Assembly: GCA_051650705.1 (NCBI GenBank)
Contig: JBOFQV010000276.1
Location: 10,311-74,310 of the forward strand
DNA length: 64,000 nt
Reading direction: 5' to 3'
Source: Clostridium sp.
GTDB lineage: Bacteria > Bacillota > Clostridia > Clostridiales > Clostridiaceae
The position numbers were made by a program, and so were the translations under genes. A model generated the notes under the pieces. That model did no database searches and was not told the DNA's origin. It worked only from the letters and a program-made list of their open reading frames with translations. Positions 45,778 through 55,576 of this stretch are shown here, one piece after another; the stretch's first letter is position 1, and each line of letters starts with the position of its first letter.

Positions 45778-48006
45778 ATGGAAATACTAAATGGCTTTGT
45801 AGAAGATATAGTTTTTAAAAGTGAAGATACAGGCTATGTAGTTGCAAAAATTAATATAGATAAACAAATAATTTCAGCAGTTGGAAATGTTCCTTTTTTA
45901 AAGGAAGGACAACATATAAAAATTACTGGAGAATGGACAATTCATAAAAGCTTTGGTAAGCAATTTAAGATGAATACTGTTGAGGAAATTATGCCAACAT
46001 CAATTGATGCCATTGAAAAGTATTTAGGAGCAGGAATAATAAATGGAATTGGACCAATAACTGCTAAAAAGATAGTTCAACATTTTGGAGAAGCTACTTT
46101 AGATATATTAGATAATAATATAGAAAGATTAAAAGAAATTGAAGGTATTGGGGAAAAGAAGTTTACTGTAATATATGAATCTTATATTACTCAAAGAGAA
46201 CTTAAGGATATAGTTCTATTTTTTAGAGTGCATGGGGTAACAAATAATCAATGTATTAAAATATATAATAGGTTTGGAACAAGTGCAATAGATATAATAA
46301 AAGAAAATCCATATATTTTATGTAAAGAAATATCAGGAATAGGGTTTAAAACAGCAGATAAGATAGCATTGCATTTAGGGATAGATAAAATTTCTCCATT
46401 TAGAATAGAGAGTGGTGTAGAGCACGTAATTAATGGTTATTGTGCTCAAGGGAACACATATATGCCAAAGGATAGACTTATTAAAGAGGGGGCAGAAACA
46501 CTTGGTGTAGAGTGTGATTTGGTTGAGCAAAGTATATATAATGCATCACTAGATGGAAGAATAATAATTGAAAAGGTTAGAGATGTAGAAGGTGTATTTA
46601 CATTACCATATTATTATTGTGAACTTGGAATAACTAATAAGATAATAACATTAGGGATTGAAAATTTTACGACTATAAATTCAGATATAGAGTGGGAAAT
46701 AGAGCAATATGAGAAAAAATATAATATTACTTTAGCAAAATCTCAAGTGGAAGCTATTAAAGGGGCTTTTAGTGAGGGAATTGAGATAATAACAGGTGGT
46801 CCTGGAACAGGAAAAACTACAATTATTAAATGTATTATTGAAATATATGAAAATGCTGGTATGAAGGTGTTATTAGCAGCACCGACAGGAAGAGCAGCTA
46901 AAAGAATGAGTGAATCTACTGGGAAAGAAGCAAAAACAATACATAGATTGTTGGAAATGGGTGTTGGAGAAGACGATAATAAGAGTATGTTTGGAAAAGG
47001 AGAATCTTCGCCACTTGAAGCTGATGTAATTATTATAGATGAGGCTTCTATGATCGATATTATGTTAATGCAATCACTTTTAAAGGCAATAAAGCTTGGA
47101 ACAAGAATGATAATTGTAGGAGATGTTGATCAGTTACCATCTGTAGGACCAGGAAATGTGTTAAATGATTTAATTCAAAGTGGTTTTATAAGAGTAGTAA
47201 AATTAAAAGAGATTTTTAGACAGGGAGCTGAAAGTTTAATAGTAGTAAATGCCCATAGAATAAATGAAGGTGAAATGCCGTTTTTAAATCAAAAAGGGAA
47301 AGATTTTTATTTCCTTCAACAAGAACATTTAGAGGGGATTTTAAATACAGTAATAGAGCTTATAAATACAAGATTACCTAAATTTAATTCAACGTGGGAC
47401 AAATTAAAGGATATTCAGGTTTTAACTCCAATGAAAAAAGGGGAGCTTGGAGTTTTAAATTTAAATGAAAAGCTACAACAAATTTTAAATCCAAAAGCTC
47501 CACACAAAAATGAAAAGGAAATGAAAAATGGGGTATTTAGAGAAGGCGATAAGGTTATGCAAACCAAAAATAACTATTCTCTAAAATGGAAAAGAATAAA
47601 AGGTGTTGGAGATGAAGAGGGTGTTGGAGTATTTAATGGGGATACTGGATTTATTCAAAGTATAAATGAAGAGGAAAAAAACTTCACAGTAATATTTGAT
47701 GAGGAAAGAAAAGTAGTTTATGACTATTTAACAATAGATGAGTTGGATTTAGCTTATGCAATTACAATTCATAAAAGTCAAGGAAGTGAATTTAAGGTAG
47801 TAATTATGCCGGCATTTATGGGATCACCATTTTTAATGAATAGAAATCTATTATATACAGGTATAACTAGAGGAAAGGAACTTGTTGTAGTCGTAGGAAT
47901 GCCAAGAGCTCTTAAATACATGGTAGATAATACAACGAGTATGGAAAGGTACTCATCATTAGAATATAGAATAAAAGAAATAATTAGTGAGAATATGGTA
48001 GTTTAA
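45778..48006 (+). CDS. recD2: ATP-dependent RecD2 helicase
   Basis: HhH region, GGPGTGKT, DEASM, HKSQGSE. Confidence 0.95.
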   Translation: MEILNGFVEDIVFKSEDTGYVVAKINIDKQIISAVGNVPFLKEGQHIKITGEWTIHKSFGKQFKMNTVEEIMPTSIDAIEKYLGAGIINGIGPITAKKIVQHFGEATLDILDNNIERLKEIEGIGEKKFTVIYESYITQRELKDIVLFFRVHGVTNNQCIKIYNRFGTSAIDIIKENPYILCKEISGIGFKTADKIALHLGIDKISPFRIESGVEHVINGYCAQGNTYMPKDRLIKEGAETLGVECDLVEQSIYNASLDGRIIIEKVRDVEGVFTLPYYYCELGITNKIITLGIENFTTINSDIEWEIEQYEKKYNITLAKSQVEAIKGAFSEGIEIITGGPGTGKTTIIKCIIEIYENAGMKVLLAAPTGRAAKRMSESTGKEAKTIHRLLEMGVGEDDNKSMFGKGESSPLEADVIIIDEASMIDIMLMQSLLKAIKLGTRMIIVGDVDQLPSVGPGNVLNDLIQSGFIRVVKLKEIFRQGAESLIVVNAHRINEGEMPFLNQKGKDFYFLQQEHLEGILNTVIELINTRLPKFNSTWDKLKDIQVLTPMKKGELGVLNLNEKLQQILNPKAPHKNEKEMKNGVFREGDKVMQTKNNYSLKWKRIKGVGDEEGVGVFNGDTGFIQSINEEEKNFTVIFDEERKVVYDYLTIDELDLAYAITIHKSQGSEFKVVIMPAFMGSPFLMNRNLLYTGITRGKELVVVVGMPRALKYMVDNTTSMERYSSLEYRIKEIISENMVV

Positions 48007-48036
48007 AAATATGATAGATGAAATAGAGGGGGAAAT

Positions 48037-49053
48037 ATGAGGAAAAAGGAAAAAATAATTATCGATGAACTTAAGTATGCAATTACAAAAATAAATAATT
48101 GGTATAAGGCCGATATAAAAACATTGACAGTAATATCCTCTCCATATAATTCAACCTTTATTTTTGGTCAAATAATGCATTGCTATCTAAAAGAAGGAAA
48201 AAAGGTTTTATATATTTGGGGAAAATATAGAGAAGATAGAGATCTTATAAGTAGATTAAGAGAGTTAAATAAATTTTTTACTTATTCATATATATCAAGT
48301 GGAGTGGGAGAAAGTAATCTTAACTTCATTAATATTGATAATATGCATAAGGTTGAGGGGGAATATGATTTAGTAATTTTTGATGATATATCATCATATT
48401 CAAAAGTTACTAAGGAAAAGTTAAAGGAAAGTAGTGAATTACTTCATACAATAGGAAAAAGAGTTATTTATTATTTATTAGACTCAATAACTCCTCTAGG
48501 AGAAAAAATAGAGGTTAGCTCAATTGTTCGTAAAAAACCTTTTGTAGAGCCTAGAGTATTAACTACAAGAATTAATTTAAATGAGGATATACCAAGTATT
48601 CTTTATGAATATTTAAAGTGGTTTGAAAAGGAAAATAAGAAGGTAATAATATATGTTCCAACAGAAGAGGCTTTAGAAAGTAGCTATGATTATTATAAAA
48701 ATAAATTAAAGCTTAAAGGGGTAAAAATACTTAAATACTCTAAAAAAGAAAGTAATAAATCCCTTAGTAATGTATTAAAGTATAAAGATAAGTCAATATT
48801 TATAATAACAAATGCTATAAATGAATCATTAGAAGAGACAGGAATAAATCATGTGGTTATTTTATCAGCAGAAGATAGCTATTATTCATATAAAAGATTA
48901 ATTTATTTATGTGGAGAGCTTGGAAAGGAAAATGAAACCTTGCCAGAATTTCTATTAGTTTGTAATGAAGAAAATGAAACTATAGAGAGTGTGAAAAATA
49001 GAGCAAGGGAATTTAATAAAAAAGTATGGGAGAAAAGGCTTGGCAGCTTATAG
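48037..49053 (+). CDS. ComFA-like helicase-fold protein with degenerate ATPase motifs
   Basis: Position before comFC; DLVIFDDIS (Walker B-like), VIIYVP; no GKT. Confidence 0.6.
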   Translation: MRKKEKIIIDELKYAITKINNWYKADIKTLTVISSPYNSTFIFGQIMHCYLKEGKKVLYIWGKYREDRDLISRLRELNKFFTYSYISSGVGESNLNFINIDNMHKVEGEYDLVIFDDISSYSKVTKEKLKESSELLHTIGKRVIYYLLDSITPLGEKIEVSSIVRKKPFVEPRVLTTRINLNEDIPSILYEYLKWFEKENKKVIIYVPTEEALESSYDYYKNKLKLKGVKILKYSKKESNKSLSNVLKYKDKSIFIITNAINESLEETGINHVVILSAEDSYYSYKRLIYLCGELGKENETLPEFLLVCNEENETIESVKNRAREFNKKVWEKRLGSL

Positions 49054-49661
49054 AAATATTAATTTTATCATTAACAGAAATAATTTATCCTAAAAATGAG
49101 AAATGTATAATTTGTGATGGCGAATACGTTGATGGTATTTGTAGTAATTGTAAGGGTAAAATTTTAAGGTGCAATGATAAAGAAAGCTATGGATATTATT
49201 CAGGAGTATTAAAGGAACTAATTTTAAAATTTAAATTCCATAAAGATTTTCAGTGTGGAGAGATTTTAGGGGAGTTCTTATCAGAAATAAATATAGGTGA
49301 GGACATAAATGATTATATAGTAACATGGATACCTATAACTAAGAGAGTTAAAAAGAATAGAGGATTTAATCAAAGTGAGTATTTAGCAAAAATATTTGCA
49401 AGGGAAAGAAATTTAAAATATAAAAAAACTCTAATAAAGATAAAAGATACAGATTCTCAAAAAGAAATAGGGAGAGAGGCACGGCTTAAAAACCTAAAGG
49501 GGTCATTTACAGCTATAGAAAATAAAGTTAAGGGTAAAAAAATAATACTTATAGATGATGTAAAAACAACAGGCGCAACACTTTCAGAAGGAAAGTTAGC
49601 ATTAAAAAATGCAGGGGCTAGGGAAATTAGGGTATTGACAGTTTCTAAAAGTGCTATATAA
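49026..49661 (+). CDS. comFC: ComF family (ComFC) phosphoribosyltransferase-like protein
   Basis: CIIC...CSNC, RGFNQ, LIDDVKTTGAT. Confidence 0.9.
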   Translation: MGEKAWQLIEILILSLTEIIYPKNEKCIICDGEYVDGICSNCKGKILRCNDKESYGYYSGVLKELILKFKFHKDFQCGEILGEFLSEINIGEDINDYIVTWIPITKRVKKNRGFNQSEYLAKIFARERNLKYKKTLIKIKDTDSQKEIGREARLKNLKGSFTAIENKVKGKKIILIDDVKTTGATLSEGKLALKNAGAREIRVLTVSKSAI

Positions 49662-49662
49662 T
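49635..49662 (+). promoter_or_regulatory. SigmaA promoter of raiA-motif RNA embedded in comFC 3' end
   Basis: TTGACA(49635)-16-TATAAT(49657); the -10 includes the comFC TAA stop. Confidence 0.8.
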
Positions 49663-49669
49663 ATAATAT

Positions 49670-49881
49670 TGTGATGCTAGGTCTGTGGTTGAAAGTCGAT
49701 GCCAGTCGCAGGCAAAACGATCCACGTAAGCTAAACAAAGCTTTAGTGAGCATGGTGCGGTATAGAAGTAAGTCCTGCCAGATTTTAATCTGAGAGTGTT
49801 AGTAGTGAGAGGTTAATTCCGGGTAGCAAAAGCTCCAGCAGGCGAGTGTGGGGGCAAAAACCAGGTCAGCTAGTAATCACA
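49670..49881 (+). ncRNA. raiA-motif RNA (ModT-like)
   Basis: GC-rich ~210 nt between comFC and hpf/raiA; closing helix TGTGAT-GCTAG/CTAGT-A-ATCACA; recognisable blocks GTGGTTGAAAGTCGATGCCAGTCGCAGGCAAAACGATCCACGTAAG and CAGCAGGCGAGTGTGGGG. Confidence 0.9.
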
Positions 49882-49897
49882 TCTATAGCTAAATAGT

Positions 49898-49929
49898 AAG
49901 GTAGAAAGTTTAAACTTTCTACCTTTTTT
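49898..49929 (+). terminator. Terminator of raiA-motif RNA
   Basis: 28-bp palindrome AAGGTAGAAAGTTTAAACTTTCTACCTT plus TTTT. Confidence 0.88.
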
Positions 49930-50167
49930 GCATTTAAAAAGGAGATATAGAATAAAGTAGACAACTTCCCCTGGTGAAGCATAGGCTAAATTTCTACAAG
50001 AAATAAAGATAAAGTGAGTTTGGGGGAGGTAAACCTTTTAAATATTCAGTAAATTCAGAAAATTAACGTTGAACATATTTTCCAATAGGTTTAAAATAAA
50101 AACATAAAATAAATCAAAAAAACATATATCTAAATTATAAACTTAGATACGAGAGGGGCTGGGCTTT

Positions 50168-50704
50168 ATGAAAGTGACAGTAATGGCAAAAAACATTGAA
50201 CTAACACCTGCATTGAAGGAGATGGTTGAAAAGAAAATTTCTAAATTAGAAAGATATTTTGAACCAAGAGTAGAAGCTAGAGCAATGTTAAGCGTACAGA
50301 AGAATAGACAAATCGTAGAAGTCACTATTCCGTTTAATGGAGTTATCTTAAGAGTTGAAGAGGCTACTGAAGATATGTACAAGTCCATCGATTTAGTTGA
50401 AGATAAGATAGAAAGACAAATAAGAAAACAAAGAACTAAATTATCAAGAAAAAAACATCATGGATTGAAAATGGAAGCTCTTGAAGGAATAGCTTATAAA
50501 GAGCACGAGAATATAGATGACGGTAAAGTTGTTAAAACAAAGACGTTTAGTGTGAAACCTATGTCAGTAGATGAGGCGATTTTACAACTAGAGTTACTAG
50601 GACATAATTTCTTTGTATATCAAGATGCAGATACAAATAATGTTAGTGTAATGTATAAAAGAAAAGATGGCGATTATGGATTACTAGAACCTGAATACAG
50701 ATAA
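50168..50704 (+). CDS. hpf: Ribosome hibernation promoting factor (long HPF/RaiA)
   Basis: KNIELTPAL, DMYKSID, KPMSVDEA, YKRKDGDYGL. Confidence 0.96.
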   Translation: MKVTVMAKNIELTPALKEMVEKKISKLERYFEPRVEARAMLSVQKNRQIVEVTIPFNGVILRVEEATEDMYKSIDLVEDKIERQIRKQRTKLSRKKHHGLKMEALEGIAYKEHENIDDGKVVKTKTFSVKPMSVDEAILQLELLGHNFFVYQDADTNNVSVMYKRKDGDYGLLEPEYR

Positions 50705-50714
50705 ATATTTAAGA

Positions 50715-50745
50715 TAAGGATAGCACAATAACAGTGCTATCCTTA
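50715..50745 (+). terminator. Hairpin after hpf
   Basis: TAAGGATAGCAC/GTGCTATCCTTA. Confidence 0.7.
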
Positions 50746-50825
50746 AATATTAATTAAAATACATATTAGAAAAATTACTTCATAAACTATATAAATAAAC
50801 GTTGTAGAAAGGTATGGGGTAAGTT

Positions 50826-51467
50826 ATGAAGCTATTTATAGATACTGCAATTGTAGAAGAAATAAAAAGAGCAAATGAAATGGGAATAATCTGTGGCGTA
50901 ACAACTAATCCAAGTTTAATTGCTAAATCAGGGAGAATATTTAAAGAGGTTATAAAAGAAATTTCTGAAATAGTAAATGGGCCAATAAGTGCAGAAGTAA
51001 TGGGTGAAAAATCAGATGAGATGATAGTTGAGGCAGAGGAATTATGCAGAATTAACAATAATATAACAATTAAAATTCCAATGACAGAAGAGGGATTAAA
51101 AGCAACAAAAGCATTAAGTGAAAAAGGCGTAAGGGTAAATGTAACCTTAATATTTTCATCAGCTCAAGCTCTATTAGCAGCAAGAGCGGGAGCAACATTT
51201 GTAAGCCCTTTTATAGGAAGATATGATGATATTGGGATAGATGGTATGGGATTAATAGAAGAAATAGCAAGAATTTTTAATATTCATGGTATAAAAACAG
51301 AGATAATTGCTGCAAGTATTAGAAATCCAATACATGTTACAAGAGCGGCTTTAAATGGGGCACATATTGCAACCGTGCCATTGAATGTGCTTGAACAAAT
51401 GATAAAACATCCTCTAACAGATGCAGGAATAGAAAAATTTAAAGAAGATTTTAAAAAGTCTATATAA
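50826..51467 (+). CDS. tal: Transaldolase (FSA/TalC family)
   Basis: FIDTA, GVTTNPS, KIP, SPFIGR, AASIR. Confidence 0.9.
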   Translation: MKLFIDTAIVEEIKRANEMGIICGVTTNPSLIAKSGRIFKEVIKEISEIVNGPISAEVMGEKSDEMIVEAEELCRINNNITIKIPMTEEGLKATKALSEKGVRVNVTLIFSSAQALLAARAGATFVSPFIGRYDDIGIDGMGLIEEIARIFNIHGIKTEIIAASIRNPIHVTRAALNGAHIATVPLNVLEQMIKHPLTDAGIEKFKEDFKKSI

Positions 51468-51474
51468 AAATAGG

Positions 51475-51505
51475 GGGAACTCCCTAAGTTTAGGGAGTTC
51501 CCTTT
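51475..51505 (+). terminator. Terminator after tal
   Basis: GGGAACTCCCTAA/TTAGGGAGTTCCC. Confidence 0.8.
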
Positions 51506-51622
51506 GACTTTAGCCATTGAAAAGGTTAATATATAAATGGTATAATTTATAAAAGTAACTTTTGGAGTTAAAGTTTCTTAATAAAAGTTATATAAACAAA
51601 AAATGTTTGAGAGGATGACATT

Positions 51623-54142
51623 ATGGGAATATTAAGTTCAATATTTGGAACATATAGCGAAAGAGAAGTAAAAAGAATAAAACCAATCGTTGATAAGGTT
51701 GATGCATTAGAAGAAAGTTATAAGAATTTATCAGATGATGAATTAAAAAATAAAACAATTGAATTTAAAGAAAGATTAGCAAATGGAGAAACATTAAATG
51801 ATATTTTACCAGAAGCATTTGCAACAGTTAGAGAAGCTTCAGGTAGAGTTCTTGGAATGAGACATTATAGAGAGCAGTTAATTGGAGGGGTTGTACTTCA
51901 TCAAGGAAGAATTGCTGAAATGAAAACTGGGGAAGGGAAAACATTAGTTGGAACTTTACCTGTTTATTTAAATGCGCTTTCAGGTGATGGTGTTCATGTA
52001 GTTACAGTAAATGATTACCTAGCTTCTAGAGATAGAGAGTGGATGGGGCAAATATATGAATTCCTTGGATTAACAACAGGTGTTATACTTCATGACTTAA
52101 CAAAGGAAGAAAGAAGAGCAGCTTATGCAGCTGACATAACATATGGAACAAACAATGAATTTGGATTTGACTACTTAAGAGATAACATGGTTATCTATAA
52201 AGAAGAAAAGGTTCAAAGAGTATTAAACTTTGCTGTTGTGGACGAAGTTGACTCAATTTTAATTGATGAAGCTAGAACACCACTTATTATTTCAGGGCAA
52301 GGGGAAAAGTCAACAGAATTCTATAAGGTTGCTGATTACTTTGTAAAAACATTAGTTAAGGATAAGGACTTCACAGTTGATGAAAAGGCTTCAGCTGTAA
52401 TGTTAACAGAAGATGGTATTCATAAGGCTGAAAAAGCATTTAAGATTGAAAACTATGCAGATGCAGATAATATATCACTTCAACACTATGTAACTCAAGC
52501 ATTAAAGGCTAACTATTCTATGAGAATAGATAAGGACTACATGGTTAAAGATGGAGAAGTTATAATAGTAGATGAATTTACAGGAAGACTTATGGAAGGT
52601 AGAAGATATTCTGATGGTCTTCATCAAGCAATTGAAGCTAAAGAAGGAGTTAAGATTGAAAGAGAATCAAAAACTCTAGCAACAATTACATTCCAAAACT
52701 ACTTTAGAATGTACAAGAAATTATCAGGTATGACAGGTACTGCTTTAACTGAAGAAAATGAATTTAGAGAAATATATGGATTAGACGTTGTAGTTGTTCC
52801 AACTCATAGACCAGTTGCAAGAATGGATAATCCAGATATTATATTCAAGTCAGTAGCAGGGAAATATAAGGCGATAATTGAAGATATAGAAGAATGTAAC
52901 AAGAAAGGGCAACCAGTTCTTGTAGGTACAGTTAGTATTGAAAAGTCAGAAGAACTTTCAAAGGCATTAAAGAAAAAAGGAATACCTCATCAAGTACTTA
53001 ATGCTAAGTACCATGAACAAGAAGCAGAAATTATTACACATGCTGGTGAATTTGGAATGGTTACAATAGCAACTAATATGGCAGGTAGAGGAACAGATAT
53101 TAAGCTTGGAGAAGGTGTTGTTGAAGTTGGTGGTTTAAAAATCATTGGTACTGAAAGACATGAATCAAGAAGAATAGATAATCAGCTTAGAGGACGTTCA
53201 GGTAGACAGGGAGATCCAGGAGAATCAACATTCTATTTATCATTAGAAGATGATTTAATGAGAATATTCGGTTCGGAAAGAATTCAAGGTGTGTATGAGA
53301 AACTTGGAATAGAAGAAGATGATGCAATAGATAGTAAAATTATATCAAAGAGTATTGAAGGTGCTCAAAAGAAGGTTGAAGGAAACAACTTTGACATCAG
53401 AAAGAGCTTACTTGGATATGATGATGTTATGAATCAACAAAGAGAAATCATCTATAAGCAAAGAGCAGAAGTTCTAGAAGGAGTTAATTTAAAGGAACAA
53501 ATAGAAGCAATGGTTGAGGACATCATTAAGAACGCTGTAAATGTTCATGTTACAGGTGATGATGATAACTATGAGGAAGAGTTAAAGAGCTTAATAGTTT
53601 ATTTAGATGATATTTGCATTCCTTCAAATAGAGTTACAGCTGAAGAGCTTATTAACCTATCAAATGAAGAAATGGCAGCTAAATTAACAAAAATAGCTAA
53701 AGAAATATATGAAGGAAAAGAATTAGAATTTGGTGAAGAAAGAATAAGAGAAATTGAAAGAGTTGTTCTTTTAAGAAATGTTGACCAAAAATGGATGGAT
53801 CATATAGATAATATGGATCACTTAAAACAAGGTATTGGGCTTAGAGCATTTAAGCAACAAGATCCAGTTCAAGCATACCAAATGGAAGGTAGTGCAATGT
53901 TTGAAGAAATGATCGAAAATATTAAGCAAGATACGATAAAGGTATTGTTCCATGTTCAAATGGAAAAGGCTCCTGAAAGAGAAAGAGTAGCTCAAGAAAC
54001 TTCAGCAAGTCATGGTGGAGATTCAGAAGCAGCTACAACAAAAAAGGAGCCAGCTAAAAAGAAAGTAACAGCAGGTAGAAATGATACATGTCCTTGTGGC
54101 AGTGGTAAGAAGTATAAAAATTGTTGTGGAAGAGAAGTTTAA
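51623..54142 (+). CDS. secA: Protein translocase subunit SecA
   Basis: [21 protein letters not shown]-terminal [13 protein letters not shown]. Confidence 0.98.
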   Translation: MGILSSIFGTYSEREVKRIKPIVDKVDALEESYKNLSDDELKNKTIEFKERLANGETLNDILPEAFATVREASGRVLGMRHYREQLIGGVVLHQGRIAEMKTGEGKTLVGTLPVYLNALSGDGVHVVTVNDYLASRDREWMGQIYEFLGLTTGVILHDLTKEERRAAYAADITYGTNNEFGFDYLRDNMVIYKEEKVQRVLNFAVVDEVDSILIDEARTPLIISGQGEKSTEFYKVADYFVKTLVKDKDFTVDEKASAVMLTEDGIHKAEKAFKIENYADADNISLQHYVTQALKANYSMRIDKDYMVKDGEVIIVDEFTGRLMEGRRYSDGLHQAIEAKEGVKIERESKTLATITFQNYFRMYKKLSGMTGTALTEENEFREIYGLDVVVVPTHRPVARMDNPDIIFKSVAGKYKAIIEDIEECNKKGQPVLVGTVSIEKSEELSKALKKKGIPHQVLNAKYHEQEAEIITHAGEFGMVTIATNMAGRGTDIKLGEGVVEVGGLKIIGTERHESRRIDNQLRGRSGRQGDPGESTFYLSLEDDLMRIFGSERIQGVYEKLGIEEDDAIDSKIISKSIEGAQKKVEGNNFDIRKSLLGYDDVMNQQREIIYKQRAEVLEGVNLKEQIEAMVEDIIKNAVNVHVTGDDDNYEEELKSLIVYLDDICIPSNRVTAEELINLSNEEMAAKLTKIAKEIYEGKELEFGEERIREIERVVLLRNVDQKWMDHIDNMDHLKQGIGLRAFKQQDPVQAYQMEGSAMFEEMIENIKQDTIKVLFHVQMEKAPERERVAQETSASHGGDSEAATTKKEPAKKKVTAGRNDTCPCGSGKKYKNCCGREV

Positions 54143-54163
54143 TAAATAGAGAATTTTTAATAC

Positions 54164-54227
54164 TTTTTCACAGTTAACTAAAAGATATGTTGATAACTTT
54201 GGAATTATATTCTAAAGTTGTGGATAA
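54164..54227. promoter_or_regulatory. DnaA-box cluster
   Basis: TGTGGATAA (54219-27, perfect), TGTTGATAA (54188-96), TTTTTCACA (54164-72). Confidence 0.55.
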
Positions 54228-54340
54228 AATTAGAAAAGTAATGATTTAATGTGTATTGGGTAATGGGTAGTTGGTAGTTTTAAATAGTATTTTTATTACC
54301 AAAATCATTACCCTAAATTTTTCTTAAGAAGGTGATTTAA

Positions 54341-55448
54341 ATGATGCTTGAATTAGAAAGAGAAATATCAAAACTTCCAGCATTAAAGGAAACAATTAAA
54401 GAAATGGGGAACTCTCTTTGACAAGGCTGGCTTAGAAAAATCTTTAAAAGAACTTGAACTTCAAATGCAGGAAAAGGGTTTTTGGGAAGATATAAAAAGA
54501 GCAGAGGAAGTAACAAAAGAAAGTAAAACAATAAAGGATAAAATTTTAAGATTTGAAACATTAGAAAATAAAATTGAAGATGTTGAAGTTTTAAAAGAAA
54601 TGTTTGAAGAGGGGGATGAAGAAACCCTAAATGAAATAATTTCAGAAATTAAATTTGTTGAAAAAGAATTAGAACAATATAGATTAGAGTTATTATTATC
54701 AGGAGAGTATGATAGTAATGATGCAATTCTTAATTTACATGCAGGAGTCGGTGGAAGTGATGCCAATGATTGGACTGAAATGTTATTAAGAATGTATACA
54801 AGATGGTGTGAGAAAAAAGGATATAAAGTTGAAACACTTGATTTGCTTGAGGGGGATGAAGCAGGAATTAAAAGTGTAACATTAAAGGTTACAGGAACTA
54901 ATGCTTATGGATACTTAAAGGCAGAAAAAGGAGTTCATAGATTAGTTAGAATATCTCCTTTTAATGCAAATGGTAAAAGACAAACATCATTTGCTTCAAT
55001 CGAAGTATTGCCACAGCTTACAAAGGATCAAGATATTGAAATAAGATCTGATGATTTAAAAGTTGACACATTTAGAGCAGGTGGAGCAGGTGGACAGCAC
55101 GTTAATAAAACTGAATCAGCTGTTAGAATTACTCATATACCAACAGGAATAGTTGTTCAGTGTCAAAATGAAAGAAGTCAGTTTTCAAATAGAGATTCAG
55201 CAATGGCAATGTTAAAGTCAAAGCTTATAGAATTGAAGGAAAGAGCTCATAAAGAGAAGATTGAAGACTTAACTGGAGAGTTAAAGGATATGGGTTGGGG
55301 AAGTCAAATACGTTCATATGTATTCCATCCATATAATATGGTTAAAGATCATAGAACTGGGGAAGAAACTTCTAACTTAAATGCTGTAATGAATGGGGAA
55401 ATTGATAATTTTATTACTGCTTATTTAATGGGTGATAAAAAAGAATAG
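54341..55448 (+). CDS. prfB: Peptide chain release factor 2 with programmed +1 frameshift at CTT-TGA-C (54416-54422)
   Basis: ORF from ATG 54341 ends CTT TGA; +1 frame continues to SPF and GGQ motifs; GGGG internal SD-like upstream. Confidence 0.96.
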
Positions 55449-55456
55449 TGAATGTT

Positions 55457-55485
55457 AGGTAGATAAAAAAATATCTACCTTTTTT
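55457..55485 (+). terminator. Terminator after prfB
   Basis: AGGTAGATA/TATCTACCT plus T-run. Confidence 0.85.
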
Positions 55486-55496
55486 ATTACACTGTA

Positions 55497-55551
55497 TTGA
55501 CAAATAATGGAAATAATATCATTATTAAAATATGAGAAAACCTTTTCTCAT
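55497..55551 (+). promoter_or_regulatory. Chitinase promoter with cre/LacI-type operator
   Basis: TTGACA(55497)-17-CATTAT followed by inverted repeat ATGAGAAAA-CC-TTTTCTCAT (55532-51). Confidence 0.65.
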
Positions 55552-55576
55552 AGTAAGGTTTAGGGGGAAGCTTAAT

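Noticed and set aside
50826-51467. Transaldolase between hpf and secA as a mobile insertion
   Set aside because: No repeats, transposase or composition shift; ordinary metabolic gene
54341-54464. prfB appearing truncated or a pseudogene
   Set aside because: Canonical CTT-TGA-C programmed +1 frameshift
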